Source: Oceanospirillaceae bacterium
GTDB taxonomy: Bacteria > Pseudomonadota > Gammaproteobacteria > Pseudomonadales > Balneatricaceae
NCBI GenBank assembly: GCA_013373085.1
Contig: JABXIM010000045.1
Location: 473 to 64,472 of the forward strand
Reading direction: 5' to 3'
DNA: 64,000 bases
Part shown: positions 20,615 through 33,094 of the stretch, in pieces
Numbering within the stretch: position 1 is the first letter of the stretch
Layout: each line of letters opens with the position of its first letter
Notes under the pieces: generated by a model
What the model saw: the letters and a program-made list of their open reading frames with translations, nothing else
Told to the model about the DNA's origin: nothing
Databases searched by the model: none
Made by a program: the position numbers and the translations under genes

Positions 20615-21271
20615 TTATCCTTTTCGCGGCGGGGCGCCGTTCCCACGAAAAGACGTCCGCCGCCGTGACCGCTTGGTGTTGGCCCGGGCGCCGTTGCGTT
20701 CATGCGTCGCAGGTTGGGGGGCGAGGGACAGACTGACCTGTTCGAACCGGTATTCGCCCGGCCCCAGCGTACCCAGTGACCAGGGGCCGATGGCAACCCG
20801 GATCAGGCGCAGCGTCGGAAAACCTACCGCTGCGGTCATGCGCCGTACCTGGCGGTTGCGTCCTTCGCTTATCTTCAGCTCGAGCCAGCTGGTGGGAATG
20901 CTGGCGCGTTCGCGGATCGGCGGGTTTCGCGGCCAGATCTCCGGTGCCTCGATCCGGCGTGCCCTGGCCGGACGGGTACGGCCATCCTTGAGCTCGACGC
21001 CGCTGCGCAGTCGCGCCAGCGCCTCCTCGCCGATGTCCCCTTCGACCTGTGCCAGGTAGGTCTTTTCCATCTTGAACTTCGGATGGCTGAGCTGGTGCTG
21101 CAGCGCACCGTCGTCCGTCAGGATCAGCAGCCCTTCGGAATCGTAGTCCAGCCGGCCGGCGGCATAGAATCCCTTTTGATCGATGAAGTCGGCCAGCGTA
21201 GCGCGGTTATCCGCGTCGGTGAACTGTGTAAGTACTTGAAAGGGCTTGTTGAACAGGATGAGTTTCGACAT
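20615..21271 (-). CDS. rluE: 23S rRNA pseudouridine synthase E (RluE-like)
   Basis: [26 protein letters not shown] and [12 protein letters not shown]; divergent from icd as in other gammaproteobacteria. Confidence 0.88.
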   Translation of the reverse strand: MSKLILFNKPFQVLTQFTDADNRATLADFIDQKGFYAAGRLDYDSEGLLILTDDGALQHQLSHPKFKMEKTYLAQVEGDIGEEALARLRSGVELKDGRTRPARARRIEAPEIWPRNPPIRERASIPTSWLELKISEGRNRQVRRMTAAVGFPTLRLIRVAIGPWSLGTLGPGEYRFEQVSLSLAPQPATHERNGARANTKRSRRRTSFRGNGAPPRKG

Positions 21272-21417
21272 GGGTCCATTTCGGTGCAGGTGCCGGTTCT
21301 ACTTCGGAGGCATGGTATATACTGACTGGCGCATGTGCCATACCGAGTGCCTGCCCCGGGAAGCCTGGTGGCGCGGTCAAGGCACAATTCTACGAACGCA
21401 TCGAGTGGAGTTAAAGC

Positions 21418-22674
21418 ATGGGATACCAGAAGATCCAGGTACCGGCACAAGGCCAGAAGATCCAGGTAAACGCCGATTTCTCCCTGAATGTCCCCGACAA
21501 CCCCATCATCCCGTACATCGAAGGTGACGGTATCGGCGTTGATGTCACGCCGCCGATGCTCAAGGTGGTGGACGCCGCCGTCGACAAGGCCTACGGCGGC
21601 CAGCGCAAGATTTCCTGGATGGAGGTCTACGCTGGTGAGAAGGCAACGACGATTTACGACCAGGACACCTGGCTGCCGGAGGAGACGCTGGAGGCCTTCA
21701 AGGAGTTTGTGGTGGGTATCAAGGGGCCTCTGACGACGCCGGTGGGCGGCGGCATTCGCTCGCTCAACGTGGCCTTGCGCCAGGAACTCGACCTCTATGT
21801 CTGCCAGCGACCGGTGCGCTGGTTCAAGGGCGTGCCCAGCCCGCTGGTCAATCCGGGCGACGTCGATATGGTGATTTATCGCGAAAACTCCGAGGATATC
21901 TATGCCGGGGTCGAGTGGAAGGCCGGAACGCCCGAAGCCGACAAGGTGATCAAATTCCTCAAGGAGGAGATGGGTGTCACCAAGATCCGCTTCGATACCA
22001 TGTGCGGTATCGGTATCAAGCCGGTGTCGGAGCAGGGCACCAAGCGCCTGGTGCGCCAGGCGTTTCAGTATGCCATCGACAATGACCGTCCGTCGGTGAC
22101 CCTGGTGCACAAGGGTAACATCATGAAATTCACCGAGGGCGCCTTCAAGGACTGGGGGTATGAGCTGGCGAAGGAGGAGTTCGGCGCCGAGCTGCTGGAT
22201 GGTGGGCCCTGGATGCAGTTCACGAATCCGAAAACCGGCAACCGCATCGTGGTCAAGGACGTCATTGCCGATGCAATGTTGCAGCAGATTCTGCTGCGTC
22301 CGGCCGAGTATGACGTGGTCGCGACGCTAAACCTCAACGGCGACTACCTGTCCGACGCCCTGGCAGCGGAAGTCGGCGGTATCGGTATCGCGCCGGGGGC
22401 CAATCTTTCGGACAGCGTAGCGATCTTCGAAGCCACCCATGGTACCGCGCCCAAATATGCGGGGCAGGACAAGGTCAATCCCGGGTCGGTAATCCTGTCG
22501 GCGGAGATGATGTTGCGTCACATGGGCTGGACCGAAGCGGCTGATCTGGTCATCAAGGGCATGGACGGCGCGATCGCCGCGAAGACGGTGACCTACGACT
22601 TCGAACGCCTGATGGAGGGCGCCACGCTGCTGAAAAGCTCCGAGTTCGGCGACGCCATTATCAGCCATATGTAG
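21418..22674 (+). CDS. icd: NADP-dependent isocitrate dehydrogenase (dimeric)
   Basis: [40 protein letters not shown] and [12 protein letters not shown]. Confidence 0.98.
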   Translation: MGYQKIQVPAQGQKIQVNADFSLNVPDNPIIPYIEGDGIGVDVTPPMLKVVDAAVDKAYGGQRKISWMEVYAGEKATTIYDQDTWLPEETLEAFKEFVVGIKGPLTTPVGGGIRSLNVALRQELDLYVCQRPVRWFKGVPSPLVNPGDVDMVIYRENSEDIYAGVEWKAGTPEADKVIKFLKEEMGVTKIRFDTMCGIGIKPVSEQGTKRLVRQAFQYAIDNDRPSVTLVHKGNIMKFTEGAFKDWGYELAKEEFGAELLDGGPWMQFTNPKTGNRIVVKDVIADAMLQQILLRPAEYDVVATLNLNGDYLSDALAAEVGGIGIAPGANLSDSVAIFEATHGTAPKYAGQDKVNPGSVILSAEMMLRHMGWTEAADLVIKGMDGAIAAKTVTYDFERLMEGATLLKSSEFGDAIISHM

Positions 22675-22697
22675 ACGAGACAGCCCGTTAATAACCG

Positions 22698-22737
22698 ACA
22701 AAAAGCCCCCGGTTGCTGCGCACCGGGGGCTTTTTGT
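22698..22737. terminator. Bidirectional rho-independent terminator between icd and cspD
   Basis: ACAAAAAGCCCCCGGT-(8 nt)-ACCGGGGGCTTTTTGT with A/T tails on both sides. Confidence 0.85.
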
Positions 22738-22803
22738 TTACCGAAAATGGCGAGTGGCGCGTGGTGAGCAGTAGGCGGTGTACTGCTCCCTGGCGTTCCC
22801 GGT

Positions 22804-23016
22804 TTAGCTGGACTCGATGGGCTTGATGTTGACGGCGTGAATGCCTTTGGGGCCTTCCTTGGTCTCAAATTCGACCAGCTGTCCTGCCTTGAGACTGCGG
22901 TATCCTTCGGACTGAATTGCGGAGTAGTGGGCGAACAAATCCTCGTTGTGGTCATCGGAAAGGATGAATCCGTATCCTTTCGCGTTATTGAACCACTTCA
23001 CTTTCCCTGTCTGCAT
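22804..23016 (-). CDS. cspD: Cold-shock domain protein CspD
   Basis: GKVKWFNNAKGYGFI and LFAHYSAI; divergent from clpS (conserved synteny); start at ATG 23016. Confidence 0.92.
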   Translation of the reverse strand: MQTGKVKWFNNAKGYGFILSDDHNEDLFAHYSAIQSEGYRSLKAGQLVEFETKEGPKGIHAVNIKPIESS

Positions 23017-23226
23017 ACAGTAACTCCCGTCGTTTTCTCCTGTGAGCGCTCGTCTGCAGGAAACAAGGCTCAACTACCCTCAACTTCCAAGTCTGAGGGC
23101 CTGCAAGAAAAGTCCCAACTGTCTTCTGCGGCCTATTAAGCGTACAGTTTCTTTAGTGACCCTGGCGGAACGTCGAATGTTCGCACTGTGCGATCCGTGC
23201 TATGCGCCACAGGTCTGTTGGGCTTG

Positions 23227-23255
23227 TTCGCAGGCTCCCTTGGTCTTGCTACAAT
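23227..23255 (+). promoter_or_regulatory. Candidate sigma70 promoter for clpS-clpA
   Basis: Extended -10 TGcTACAAT (TACAAT at 23250-23255) with TTCGCA 17 bp upstream. Confidence 0.35.
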
Positions 23256-23409
23256 GTCGAAGTGACCTTCGGGCGACTTCTTTACATCGGGGCAGGTACT
23301 GCTGATACTGGATCCCTCCTGCTCCACGGCAGTATAGCACCGGCTGTTCGGTGCGCTACTTACCCCTCTCTTTTTCATCTTCCGGGCAGAACAAGGCTAG
23401 AATTCAGGC

Positions 23410-23772
23410 ATGAGCAGTACCCTACCAGTCAGGACGTCATCGGACGATGGCAACGATCAGGAGATTCACCGGGACCACGGAGGCGGCCTGGCGACCGAGG
23501 AGACGAAGCCGCAACTCAAGCGTCCTCCCATGTACCGTGTGGTGCTGATGAACGACGATTACACGCCGATGGACTTCGTCGTCGAAGTCCTAATGATTTT
23601 TTTCTCGATGGACCAGGAAAAGGCCACGCAGATCATGTTGGCAGTCCATACTCAGGGAAAGGGCGTCTGCGGAATCTACACGCGCGACGTGGCGGAAACT
23701 AAAGCAGCCCAAGTGAATCAATACTCAAGGGACAATAAGCACCCCTTGCTGTGTGAAGTAGAAAGTGTCTGA
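23410..23772 (+). CDS. clpS: ATP-dependent Clp protease adaptor ClpS
   Basis: [23 protein letters not shown] and [10 protein letters not shown]. Confidence 0.96.
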   Translation: MSSTLPVRTSSDDGNDQEIHRDHGGGLATEETKPQLKRPPMYRVVLMNDDYTPMDFVVEVLMIFFSMDQEKATQIMLAVHTQGKGVCGIYTRDVAETKAAQVNQYSRDNKHPLLCEVESV

Positions 23773-23786
23773 TACAGGAGGCCGCC

Positions 23787-26057
23787 ATGCTTAATCGAGA
23801 GTTGGAAGAGACCCTCAGCGCAGCCTTCCGGGCCGCCAGGGACAAGCGGCACGAGTTCATGACGGTCGAGCACCTGCTGCTTGCCCTGTTGGACAACCGC
23901 GAAGCTCAGGGCGTACTGAAGGCCTGCGGTGCGGATATCGACAAACTGCGTCAGGCGCTGACCGCGTTTATCGATGAAACCACGCCGTTGCTGCCGGACA
24001 ACATACCCAATATGGAGACCCAGCCCACGCTCGGATTTCAGCGTGTGTTGCAGCGTGCGGTGTTCCACGTGCAGTCCTCGGGGCGGCACGAGGTAACCGG
24101 CGCCAATGTGCTGGTGGCGATTTTCAGCGAGCAGGAGAGTCAGGCAGTCTACGTGCTGCAGCAGCAGGGCATTGAGCGCATCGACGCGGTGAACTTCATA
24201 TCCCACGGCATTTCGCGGGTCTCCGATCACGAAGCGCCGGAAAACGAGTCACCGGTCGACGGCGAATCCGGCGACGAAAAGGAAAAGAGTGCGCTGGCCA
24301 AGTACGCGGTCAACCTCAATACACTGGCCCAGCAGGGGCGTATTGATCCGCTGGTCGGGCGTGATGCCGAGGTCGAGCGGGTGGTCCAGATCCTGTCCCG
24401 CCGGCGCAAGAACAATCCGCTGCTGGTGGGCGAGGCCGGTGTCGGCAAAACCGCGATCGCCGAGGGGCTTGCGAAACTGATCGTCGAGGGCCGGGTGCCC
24501 GACGTGATCGCCCAAAGCGTGGTGTATTCACTGGATCTCGGGGCGCTGCTCGCCGGCACCAAGTACCGTGGCGATTTCGAGAAGCGTCTCAAGGGGCTGC
24601 TGAGCGAAATCCGCGGTCAGGATCACGCCATACTGTTCATCGACGAGATTCATACCATTATTGGTGCTGGCGCTGCCTCGGGCGGATCGATGGATGCTTC
24701 CAATCTGCTCAAGCCGCTGCTCAGCTCTGGCGAAATTCGCTGCATCGGTTCGACCACCTTCCAGGAATTCCGCGGTATCTTCGAAAAAGATCGCGCGCTG
24801 GCGCGTCGCTTCCAGAAGATCGACGTGCTCGAGCCGAGCGTTCAGGATACCTATCAGATCCTGGTGGGCCTGAAGAACCGTTTCGAGCAGCACCATCAGC
24901 TCAAGTACACCGACGGCGCGCTGCGGGCCGCTGCTGAGCTGGCGGACCGCTACATCAACGACAAGCATATGCCGGACAAGGCAATCGACGTGATCGACGA
25001 GGCCGGTGCCTACCAGCGCCTGCTGCCTGAAGAGCGCCGCAAGAATTTGGTCGATGTGCCGGAGGTCGAGGTGGTCGTGGCCAAGATCGCTCGCATTCCG
25101 CCTAAGAGCGTTTCGGCGTCCGACAAGGACCTGCTGAAGAAACTCGATACCAACCTCAAGATGGTGGTGTTGGGGCAGGATGAAGCCATCGATACGCTAT
25201 CGGCGGCGATCAAGCTGTCCCGCGCCGGACTCAAGGAGCCGAACAAGCCGGTCGGTTGCTTCCTTTTCGCCGGACCCACCGGGGTCGGCAAGACCGAGGT
25301 CACGACTCAGCTGGCGCGCATTCTCGGTATCGAGTTGGTGCGTTTCGACATGTCCGAGTACATGGAGCGACACACGGTATCGCGTCTGATCGGTGCGCCG
25401 CCGGGATACGTCGGCTATGACCAGGGTGGCCTGCTGACCGAGGCGATCACCAAGTCACCGCACTGCGTCCTGCTGCTAGACGAAATCGAGAAAGCGCACC
25501 CGGAGGTCTTCAACCTGCTGCTGCAGGTGATGGACAACGGCACGCTGACGGACAACAACGGGCGCAAGGCCGACTTCCGTAACGTCATTATGGTGATGAC
25601 CACTAACGCCGGCGCCGAAGCGATGAGTCGGCCGTCCATCGGTTTCACTCACCAGGACCATGCAACCGATGGCATGGCGGCGATCCGCAAGATGTTCACG
25701 CCGGAATTCCGTAACCGTCTTGATGGCATCATCCAGTTCAAGTCGCTGACGCCGAAGATCATTCGCGGTGTTGTCGATAAATTCCTTACTGAACTGCAGG
25801 CGCAGCTGGATGAGAAAAAGGTCGTGCTGCACGTCGACGATGCCGCCTGTGCCTGGTTGGCGGAGAAAGGCTACGACGACACCATGGGCGCGCGTCCGAT
25901 GAAGCGGCTGATACAGGAACAGTTGAAGAAGCCGTTGGCCGAAATGATCCTGTTCGGGGCGCTGGCCGAAGAGGGCGGCACCGTCGAAATCGGCTTGGGC
26001 GACAACGGCGAGCTTTCGCTGGAGGTCGTATCCGAGCAGCCGGAAGGGTGTCACTGA
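23787..26057 (+). CDS. clpA: ATP-dependent Clp protease ATP-binding subunit ClpA
   Basis: Two AAA modules (GEAGVGKT, GPTGVGKT), RLIGAPPGYVGY and N-terminal RHEFMTVEHLLLALL. Confidence 0.98.
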   Translation: MLNRELEETLSAAFRAARDKRHEFMTVEHLLLALLDNREAQGVLKACGADIDKLRQALTAFIDETTPLLPDNIPNMETQPTLGFQRVLQRAVFHVQSSGRHEVTGANVLVAIFSEQESQAVYVLQQQGIERIDAVNFISHGISRVSDHEAPENESPVDGESGDEKEKSALAKYAVNLNTLAQQGRIDPLVGRDAEVERVVQILSRRRKNNPLLVGEAGVGKTAIAEGLAKLIVEGRVPDVIAQSVVYSLDLGALLAGTKYRGDFEKRLKGLLSEIRGQDHAILFIDEIHTIIGAGAASGGSMDASNLLKPLLSSGEIRCIGSTTFQEFRGIFEKDRALARRFQKIDVLEPSVQDTYQILVGLKNRFEQHHQLKYTDGALRAAAELADRYINDKHMPDKAIDVIDEAGAYQRLLPEERRKNLVDVPEVEVVVAKIARIPPKSVSASDKDLLKKLDTNLKMVVLGQDEAIDTLSAAIKLSRAGLKEPNKPVGCFLFAGPTGVGKTEVTTQLARILGIELVRFDMSEYMERHTVSRLIGAPPGYVGYDQGGLLTEAITKSPHCVLLLDEIEKAHPEVFNLLLQVMDNGTLTDNNGRKADFRNVIMVMTTNAGAEAMSRPSIGFTHQDHATDGMAAIRKMFTPEFRNRLDGIIQFKSLTPKIIRGVVDKFLTELQAQLDEKKVVLHVDDAACAWLAEKGYDDTMGARPMKRLIQEQLKKPLAEMILFGALAEEGGTVEIGLGDNGELSLEVVSEQPEGCH

Positions 26058-26243
26058 TACTACTGCCGTGGCGGCGGCCGGGGCTCCGGCTGCCGCGACA
26101 TACATCGGTACAGGCCTTTAATTGCTGACTGACGGATGGAGTCTGGCGTTCGCCGGGCTTACGGGGGCGTAGACTGCGGCTGCAACGATGCAGCGGCGCA
26201 CAGCCACTGCACCAAGGGCGGCGGAAGAGAGCGGGTGCGTGTA

Positions 26244-26462
26244 TCAGCGGGCGCGGTAGACGATGCGGCCCTTGCTCAGGTCGTAAGGGGTCAGCTCGAC
26301 CTTGACCTTGTCGCCGGTGAGGATGCGGATGTAGTTTTTGCGCATCTTTCCGGAAATATGAGCGGTGACGACGTGTCCGTTTTCCAGTTCCACCCGGAAC
26401 ATGGTGTTCGGCAGCGTGTCGATCACGGTGCCTTCCATTTCAAAGCTGTCTTCTTTAGCCAT
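26244..26462 (-). CDS. infA: Translation initiation factor IF-1
   Basis: [30 protein letters not shown]...RIVYRAR. Confidence 0.98.
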   Translation of the reverse strand: MAKEDSFEMEGTVIDTLPNTMFRVELENGHVVTAHISGKMRKNYIRILTGDKVKVELTPYDLSKGRIVYRAR

Positions 26463-26647
26463 TCAATACTTACCTTGTTGATTACCGGTAATCGGGCGTC
26501 GCGCACACCTTTTACAGGGTCGGTGATAAGGCACTTTCCCGAAGAAGCGCAGTATTTTGCCTTAAAACCGGTGTTATATCAAAGAGATTCGAGCGGCTAG
26601 GGCGTATCTTGCCGGTGCTGCGGCGGCTGTCAGGCCGGCGCGCAAGG

Positions 26648-27355
26648 CTAGCGCAGGGTTACCCAGTGGCCGTCGAGAAGCAGCTGCAGCGGGCGGTAGG
26701 CGATCTTGTAGTTCATTTTCTGGCATTGCTTGACCCAGTAACCGAGGTACAGATACGGCAGGCCCAGCAGCCGGGTCTGTTCGATCTGGGTGAGAATACT
26801 GAAGGTGCCGAGGCTGCGTCGGGGTTCATCCGGGTCGAAGAAGGTGTAAATCGCGGACAGGCCCCGTCGCAACTCGTCTGTGACGGCGACCGATAGCAGG
26901 CGTTCGCCGTCGCGGATTTCATAGAAAAAGCTGCAGTCGTGTCCTTCCACCAAAAACGCCTTGAACTGCTCGACGGTCGGCGGAAACATATCGCCGTCCG
27001 AATGGCGTTGGTGGATATAGCGTGAATAGAGTCTGTAGTGTTCGTCGGTCAGTACCGGCGTCACGCGCTCGATCCTCAGGTCCCGGTTGCGGTTCAGAAG
27101 CCGGCGCTGGCTCTTGCTCGGCTTGAAATTGTCCACTGGGATGCGAACTGACACGCAGGCTTGGCAGTTCTCGCAGTGAGGGCGGTAAATATGCTTGCCG
27201 CTGCGGCGAAAACCCAGGTCGGAGAGCTGGCTGTAAGCATCGGTGGTGATGATCGCCTGCGGGTCGACGAACAGGGTCCGCGCCATGAGTCCGTCTATAT
27301 AGCTGCACTCATGCTCCGGCGTTGAATAAAAATGCAACTGTCGAAGAGTGGTCAC
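26648..27355 (-). CDS. bpt: ATE1-like aminoacyl-protein transferase (Bpt-type Asp/Glu leucyltransferase, often annotated arginyltransferase)
   Basis: HECSY, GFRRSG..IYRPHCENCQAC, LSAIYTFFDP and YLYLGYW..C.KMNYK. Confidence 0.9.
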   Translation of the reverse strand: MTTLRQLHFYSTPEHECSYIDGLMARTLFVDPQAIITTDAYSQLSDLGFRRSGKHIYRPHCENCQACVSVRIPVDNFKPSKSQRRLLNRNRDLRIERVTPVLTDEHYRLYSRYIHQRHSDGDMFPPTVEQFKAFLVEGHDCSFFYEIRDGERLLSVAVTDELRRGLSAIYTFFDPDEPRRSLGTFSILTQIEQTRLLGLPYLYLGYWVKQCQKMNYKIAYRPLQLLLDGHWVTLR

Positions 27356-28068
27356 GGCGCTTTACCTCCAAACACACCGGCGTCGATTTCGAATTTCCAG
27401 CTCGGACTGCAGGCTACGTCGACAAGTCTATCCAGTTCGCACATGAATACCCCGCGCGGAATTTCCTCAGCGCCAAGGGTAACAAGGTGCGGGTTGTGGA
27501 CCTGGCAATCCACTAAAGGATAGCCCCAGTTTTTCAGTTGTTCGACCAGCCAGGCGAAGGCGATTTTAGAGCCGTTGGGTTCGCGGCTGAACATCGATTC
27601 GCCATAGAACATCTGACCGATGGCGACGCCATAAAGTCCCCCGATCAGTTGATTCTCCCGCCATACCTCGACCGAATGGGCGTAACCGAGGCGGTACAGC
27701 TGTGCATAAGCGACCTGCATGTCGTGACTGATCCAGGTGCCGCTGCTGCTGTCGCGCGGGGCGGCGCAGGCATCCATGACCGAATTGAAACACTGATCGA
27801 AGGTGACGTGGTAGTCATCGCGACGGAGCTGCTTGCGCAGGCTGCGGGAAATGTGGAGGCGGTCGGTGTAGAGCACGCAGCGGGGGTCGGGGCTCCACCA
27901 GAGAATCGGTTCGCCGGGATTGAACCACGGGAAAATACCCTGGCGATAGGCCTGCAGCAGGCGCTGCGGGCTCAGGTCGCCGCCGGCTGCCAGCAATCCG
28001 TTGGGGTCCTGCAGTGCGGCTTCCGGCGGCGGAAAACGCATCGAGTCCCGTGACAGCCACGAAATCAT
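27352..28068 (-). CDS. aat: Leucyl/phenylalanyl-tRNA--protein transferase
   Basis: GLLAAGGDLSP.RLL.AY..GIFPW, WWSPDPR, GGLYGV, FYGESMFS and DCQV; start reset to ATG 28068. Confidence 0.95.
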   Translation of the reverse strand: MISWLSRDSMRFPPPEAALQDPNGLLAAGGDLSPQRLLQAYRQGIFPWFNPGEPILWWSPDPRCVLYTDRLHISRSLRKQLRRDDYHVTFDQCFNSVMDACAAPRDSSSGTWISHDMQVAYAQLYRLGYAHSVEVWRENQLIGGLYGVAIGQMFYGESMFSREPNGSKIAFAWLVEQLKNWGYPLVDCQVHNPHLVTLGAEEIPRGVFMCELDRLVDVACSPSWKFEIDAGVFGGKAP

Positions 28069-28087
28069 CAAAAGACCTCTGGTGACG

Positions 28088-28112
28088 AAAGGGGGCGGCG
28101 AAGCCGCCCCCT
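28088..28112 (-). terminator. Hairpin/terminator downstream of trxB
   Basis: On the minus strand: GGGGGCGGC-TTC-GCCGCCCCC followed by TTTC. Confidence 0.6.
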
Positions 28113-28117
28113 GGATG

Positions 28118-29266
<1,149 letters not shown>

Positions 29267-29528
29267 TCATCCTGTGCCGGTAACCTGAAGCAGGATGCCG
29301 GGTCGCAAGCGATGCGGCGCCTGGCACGCCTCGCTCGCTTTTGAGCGGCTAACTATCGCCGATTCGTTAGCCTGCATCAATAGCCGCGGGCAGGTGAATT
29401 GTCCCCGGGTAGGTGAAAGAGGCTCGGTGCAACCGCACAAATATGGTATGTTATCCGGCGCTGACGCTGCTGTTTCAAAGCAGGAATTTTCTCTCGGTCG
29501 GGGCCTAAGGAAGGGATTTAGCCTTTTG

Positions 29529-29557
29529 TTTTCAATTGATTAGCAGGGACATATAAT
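29529..29557 (+). promoter_or_regulatory. Candidate sigma70 promoter upstream of ftsK
   Basis: TTTTCA-17 bp-TATAAT (perfect -10 at 29552-29557) in an AT-rich patch. Confidence 0.5.
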
Positions 29558-29741
29558 TCAAGTCTTGAATTGTAGTTTCGAGTCCTGCCGGTAGCAGGCT
29601 CCCGTCCGGTGCCGCGTCACTCGCGAGCGCAGTTCCACCATGTGCAAAACGTGGTTGCGCTCAGGGTCTGCACGCGGACTTTCCGGCTCGGTCTCGGTCC
29701 CCCAAATTATCATGCGTTTTTCCGGGCTAGGGGTTTGTTGT

Positions 29742-32459
29742 TTGAGTGATCAGAAGTTGAAAGCGCCGCCGTCGTTTGCCGGTTTGATGGCGCAAATAGC
29801 CAAGGAGTCGGCCCTGGTCCTGGTGCTGGGCGGCTGTTTTTATCTGATGCTGGCGATTGCCGGTTACGACAGCCGCGATCCGGGCTGGTCCCACCTGGGT
29901 TACCAGCCGGAGGTCGACAACCTGGCGGGCGCCGCGGGTGCCTGGGTGGCCGACCTGCTGTATTCGGTTTGCGGTATCGCCGCCTGGCTGGTGCCGCCGC
30001 TGCTGGCCTGGCCCAGCCTGCGCTTTCTCATGCGGCGCGGCCTGTCATTGCTGGATGGCATTCCGTACCTGATTCTGCGCGCCACCGGCGCGCTGATGTT
30101 CCTCGCCGGTTTTTGCGCGCTCGCGTCGCTGCATTTTTCCAACCGGGACCTTGAATACCCCTTCACGGCCGGCGGCCTCGTTGGCCAGGCGCTGTCGGAC
30201 TGGAGCGTGTCGCTGTTCAGTGTCGCCGGCAGTTCCGTGGTGCTCTGGACTTTGATGCTGCTGGGGCTGACCTGGTATCTGGAGGTGTCGTGGCGTCAGG
30301 GGCTGGAGCGGCTGGGTGGCGCCATGGTCGGAGGCTGGGAAAAACTGCTGGCTCTGTTCAGCGGCGCCGGCGTATCGCTCCGCCAGCGCCGTACCCGCCG
30401 CGCCGAGCTCAGCGCAGAAAAGCCGCAGCCGAAATCCGAACCGCAGCATACCAGCCTGTCCAGCGTGAGGGTCCGTAAACAGCCGCCGCCCGAACAGCAG
30501 GAGCCGCTGTTCCTGACGGATGCGCCGCCGATGCCCGAGGCGCGGATCGAGCCCCGGTTCGCGTTCGAACGGGAAGCCGAAGCTGCTCCAGCTCCCGCTC
30601 CCGCTCCGTTCGACGACGCGCCGCCCTGGGCCGCTGATCGCATGGCTGAATCCTCTGCCCAGGTCTCGACCGAGCCCCGGACGGAGTCCCGGCCGCGTTA
30701 CGAAGAAGCTCCGCGTACGGTAATGGCAGTCGTCGATGAAATGGCTGAACGAATCGCCGATACCGATACCGGCTCTGTTGTCGATAACGATGCCGGCGTC
30801 GAGCAGGCCGAGGCGCACCCGGCCCCGGCTGCTGCGGCGGAGGCCGCACGCAAGGGGGTCCGTATTGTGCCCCTGGCCGAGGCGCACCGGCCAATGCAGG
30901 ACAGCGATCTGGGGCTCGATCACGATTCGGCGAAGGGGCAAAGCCGCCCGACCCGGGTGCCGGTACCGTCGCTGGACCTGCTGGATCCGCCGGAGTTGCA
31001 CCAGGATGCCGGGTACTCCGACGAGCAGCTGGAGCAGATGTCCCGTCTGCTCGAAAGCAAGCTGAAGGACTTCGGTGTCGTCGCCGAAGTGGTGGAGGTG
31101 AATCCCGGACCGGTGATTACCCGTTTCGAGCTGCAGCCGGCGCCCGGCGTCAAGGCCAGCAAGATCACCAACCTGTCTCGAGACCTGGCGCGCTCGATGG
31201 CGGTGTTCAGCGTTCGTGTCGTCGAGGTCATACCGGGCAAGTCGGTTATCGGAATCGAGATTCCCAACGAATCGCGGCAGATGGTTCGCCTCAGCGAAGT
31301 GCTCAATTCCAAACCCTACAAGGAAGCATCGTCGAAGCTGACGCTGGGGCTGGGCAACGATATCGCCGGTAACCCGGTGGTGGCGAACCTGGCCAAGATG
31401 CCCCACCTGCTGGTGGCGGGTACCACCGGTTCCGGTAAGTCGGTCGGGGTCAACGCCATGCTGCTGAGCCTGCTGTTCAAGGCGACGCCCGACGAGGTGC
31501 GACTGATGATGGTCGACCCGAAAATGCTCGAACTGTCGATCTACGAAGGCATTCCGCACCTGCTCACGCCGGTCATCACCGACATGAAGGAAGCGGCCGG
31601 CGGGCTGCGCTGGTGCGTCGCGGAGATGGAGCGGCGCTACAAGCTGATGGCGAAGATGGGGGTGCGCAACATCTCCGGCTTCAACGACAAGCTGATCCAT
31701 GCCCGCGACCAGGGCCAGCCGCTGCGTGACCCGCTGTGGAACCCGGAGAACGAGGGGCTGCCGGCGGATACGCCAGCGCCGGAACTCGATACCCTGCCGT
31801 ACATCGTGGTCGTGATCGACGAATTCGCCGACATGATGATGATCGTCGGCAAGAAGGTCGAGGAACTGATCGCCCGTATCGCGCAGAAGGCGAGGGCGGC
31901 CGGTATCCATCTGATCCTGGCCACGCAGCGGCCGTCGGTGGATGTGATCACCGGCCTGATCAAGGCTAACGTGCCAACCCGAATCGCGTTCCAGGTGTCG
32001 TCCAAGATCGACTCCCGCACCATTCTCGACCAGTCCGGTGCCGAGAACCTGTTGGGCAATGGCGACATGCTCTACCTTCCGGCCGGTGTCAGCGTGCCGA
32101 ACCGGGTCCATGGCGCCTTCGTCAGTGACGACGAGGTGCACCGAATCGTCGAGGCCTGGAAGCAGTACGGCGCGCCCGAGTATATCGACGATATCCTGGC
32201 AGAGCCCGGCGCCGAAGCGGGCGCGGGCGGCGGTGGTGGCGGACTGTTCGACGAGGAGCAGGATCCGCTTTACGACGAGGCCGTCGCCTTCGTCACCGAG
32301 AGCCGCAAGGCCTCGATCTCCAGCGTGCAGCGCAAGCTCAAGATCGGCTATAACCGCGCCGCGCGGATGATCGAAACCATGGAAGAGGCTGGCGTGGTGA
32401 CGCCGGCCGGCAGTAATGGACAGCGTGAAGTGATCGCGCCGCCCCCACCCAGAGACTGA
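29742..32459 (+). CDS. ftsK: DNA translocase FtsK
   Basis: N-terminal TM domain, Pro/Ala/Glu-rich linker, [30 protein letters not shown] and gamma domain DPLYDEAV...GYNRAAR; start uncertain (TTG 29742 chosen). Confidence 0.96.
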   Translation: MSDQKLKAPPSFAGLMAQIAKESALVLVLGGCFYLMLAIAGYDSRDPGWSHLGYQPEVDNLAGAAGAWVADLLYSVCGIAAWLVPPLLAWPSLRFLMRRGLSLLDGIPYLILRATGALMFLAGFCALASLHFSNRDLEYPFTAGGLVGQALSDWSVSLFSVAGSSVVLWTLMLLGLTWYLEVSWRQGLERLGGAMVGGWEKLLALFSGAGVSLRQRRTRRAELSAEKPQPKSEPQHTSLSSVRVRKQPPPEQQEPLFLTDAPPMPEARIEPRFAFEREAEAAPAPAPAPFDDAPPWAADRMAESSAQVSTEPRTESRPRYEEAPRTVMAVVDEMAERIADTDTGSVVDNDAGVEQAEAHPAPAAAAEAARKGVRIVPLAEAHRPMQDSDLGLDHDSAKGQSRPTRVPVPSLDLLDPPELHQDAGYSDEQLEQMSRLLESKLKDFGVVAEVVEVNPGPVITRFELQPAPGVKASKITNLSRDLARSMAVFSVRVVEVIPGKSVIGIEIPNESRQMVRLSEVLNSKPYKEASSKLTLGLGNDIAGNPVVANLAKMPHLLVAGTTGSGKSVGVNAMLLSLLFKATPDEVRLMMVDPKMLELSIYEGIPHLLTPVITDMKEAAGGLRWCVAEMERRYKLMAKMGVRNISGFNDKLIHARDQGQPLRDPLWNPENEGLPADTPAPELDTLPYIVVVIDEFADMMMIVGKKVEELIARIAQKARAAGIHLILATQRPSVDVITGLIKANVPTRIAFQVSSKIDSRTILDQSGAENLLGNGDMLYLPAGVSVPNRVHGAFVSDDEVHRIVEAWKQYGAPEYIDDILAEPGAEAGAGGGGGGLFDEEQDPLYDEAVAFVTESRKASISSVQRKLKIGYNRAARMIETMEEAGVVTPAGSNGQREVIAPPPPRD

Positions 32460-32461
32460 TT

Positions 32462-33094
32462 ATGAAACAGCTAGTTAGAGCCGTTACCTTAAGTTGTGCC
32501 TGCTTGCTTTCAACGCTTTCACAGGCTGCGGATGCGGCCGACAGTCTGCAGCAGCTGCTGCAGGGCTACCGGACATTCAGCGCCGATTTCGAGCAGTATT
32601 CGGTCACGGACGGTCAGCGTACCGAGGCCTCCCGGGGCAGCCTCGAACTGCGCAAGCCGAACCTGTTTCGCTGGACCAGCGAAGAGCCGTTTCCGCAGGT
32701 GATCGTCAATGACGGCACCTACCTCTGGATCTACGATCCGGACCTGCTGCAGGTCACGCGCAAGCCGTTCGACCGCAACAACAACAGCGCACCGGCGCTG
32801 ATACTGAATGGCCAGATCGACCGCCTGGACGATGACTTCAGCATCAGCCTGGTGCGCGAAACCGATTCCGAGGCGCTGTACGAACTGCTGCCGAAGGACG
32901 AGCAAAGCACCTTTACCCGCATCCGGCTGTTTTTCCAGCAGCAGCAGGTGTCCGAACTGATGCTGCAGGATTCCCTCGGCCAGCGCACCACCATTCGCTT
33001 CTTCAATCAGCAGCAGAATCCCGAGCTGCCGGCCGAGCGTTTCAGTTTCGAAGTGCCGAAGGACGCCGATCTGATTATCGATCCGGGGGTCTGA
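32462..33094 (+). CDS. lolA: Outer-membrane lipoprotein chaperone LolA
   Basis: Signal peptide, FSADFEQ, KPNLFRW, IYDPDL.QVT and DSLGQRT; follows ftsK. Confidence 0.95.
   Translation: MKQLVRAVTLSCACLLSTLSQAADAADSLQQLLQGYRTFSADFEQYSVTDGQRTEASRGSLELRKPNLFRWTSEEPFPQVIVNDGTYLWIYDPDLLQVTRKPFDRNNNSAPALILNGQIDRLDDDFSISLVRETDSEALYELLPKDEQSTFTRIRLFFQQQQVSELMLQDSLGQRTTIRFFNQQQNPELPAERFSFEVPKDADLIIDPGV

Noticed and set aside
22400-22800. e14/phage 21-type prophage integrated at the icd 3' end
   Set aside because: icd is followed directly by a terminator and cspD; there is no integrase and no duplicated icd 3' segment.
29467-29483. LexA box upstream of ftsK
   Set aside because: CTG...CAG spacing is 8 or 11 nt, not the required CTG-N10-CAG.
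29572-29588. tRNA T-arm-like GTAGT-TTCGAGT-CCTGC
   Set aside because: Imperfect stem, with no acceptor stem, D/anticodon arms or CCA.
30580-30610. Short GCTCCC repeats in the ftsK linker as a contingency locus
   Set aside because: In-frame, imperfect Ala-Pro repeats typical of FtsK linkers.
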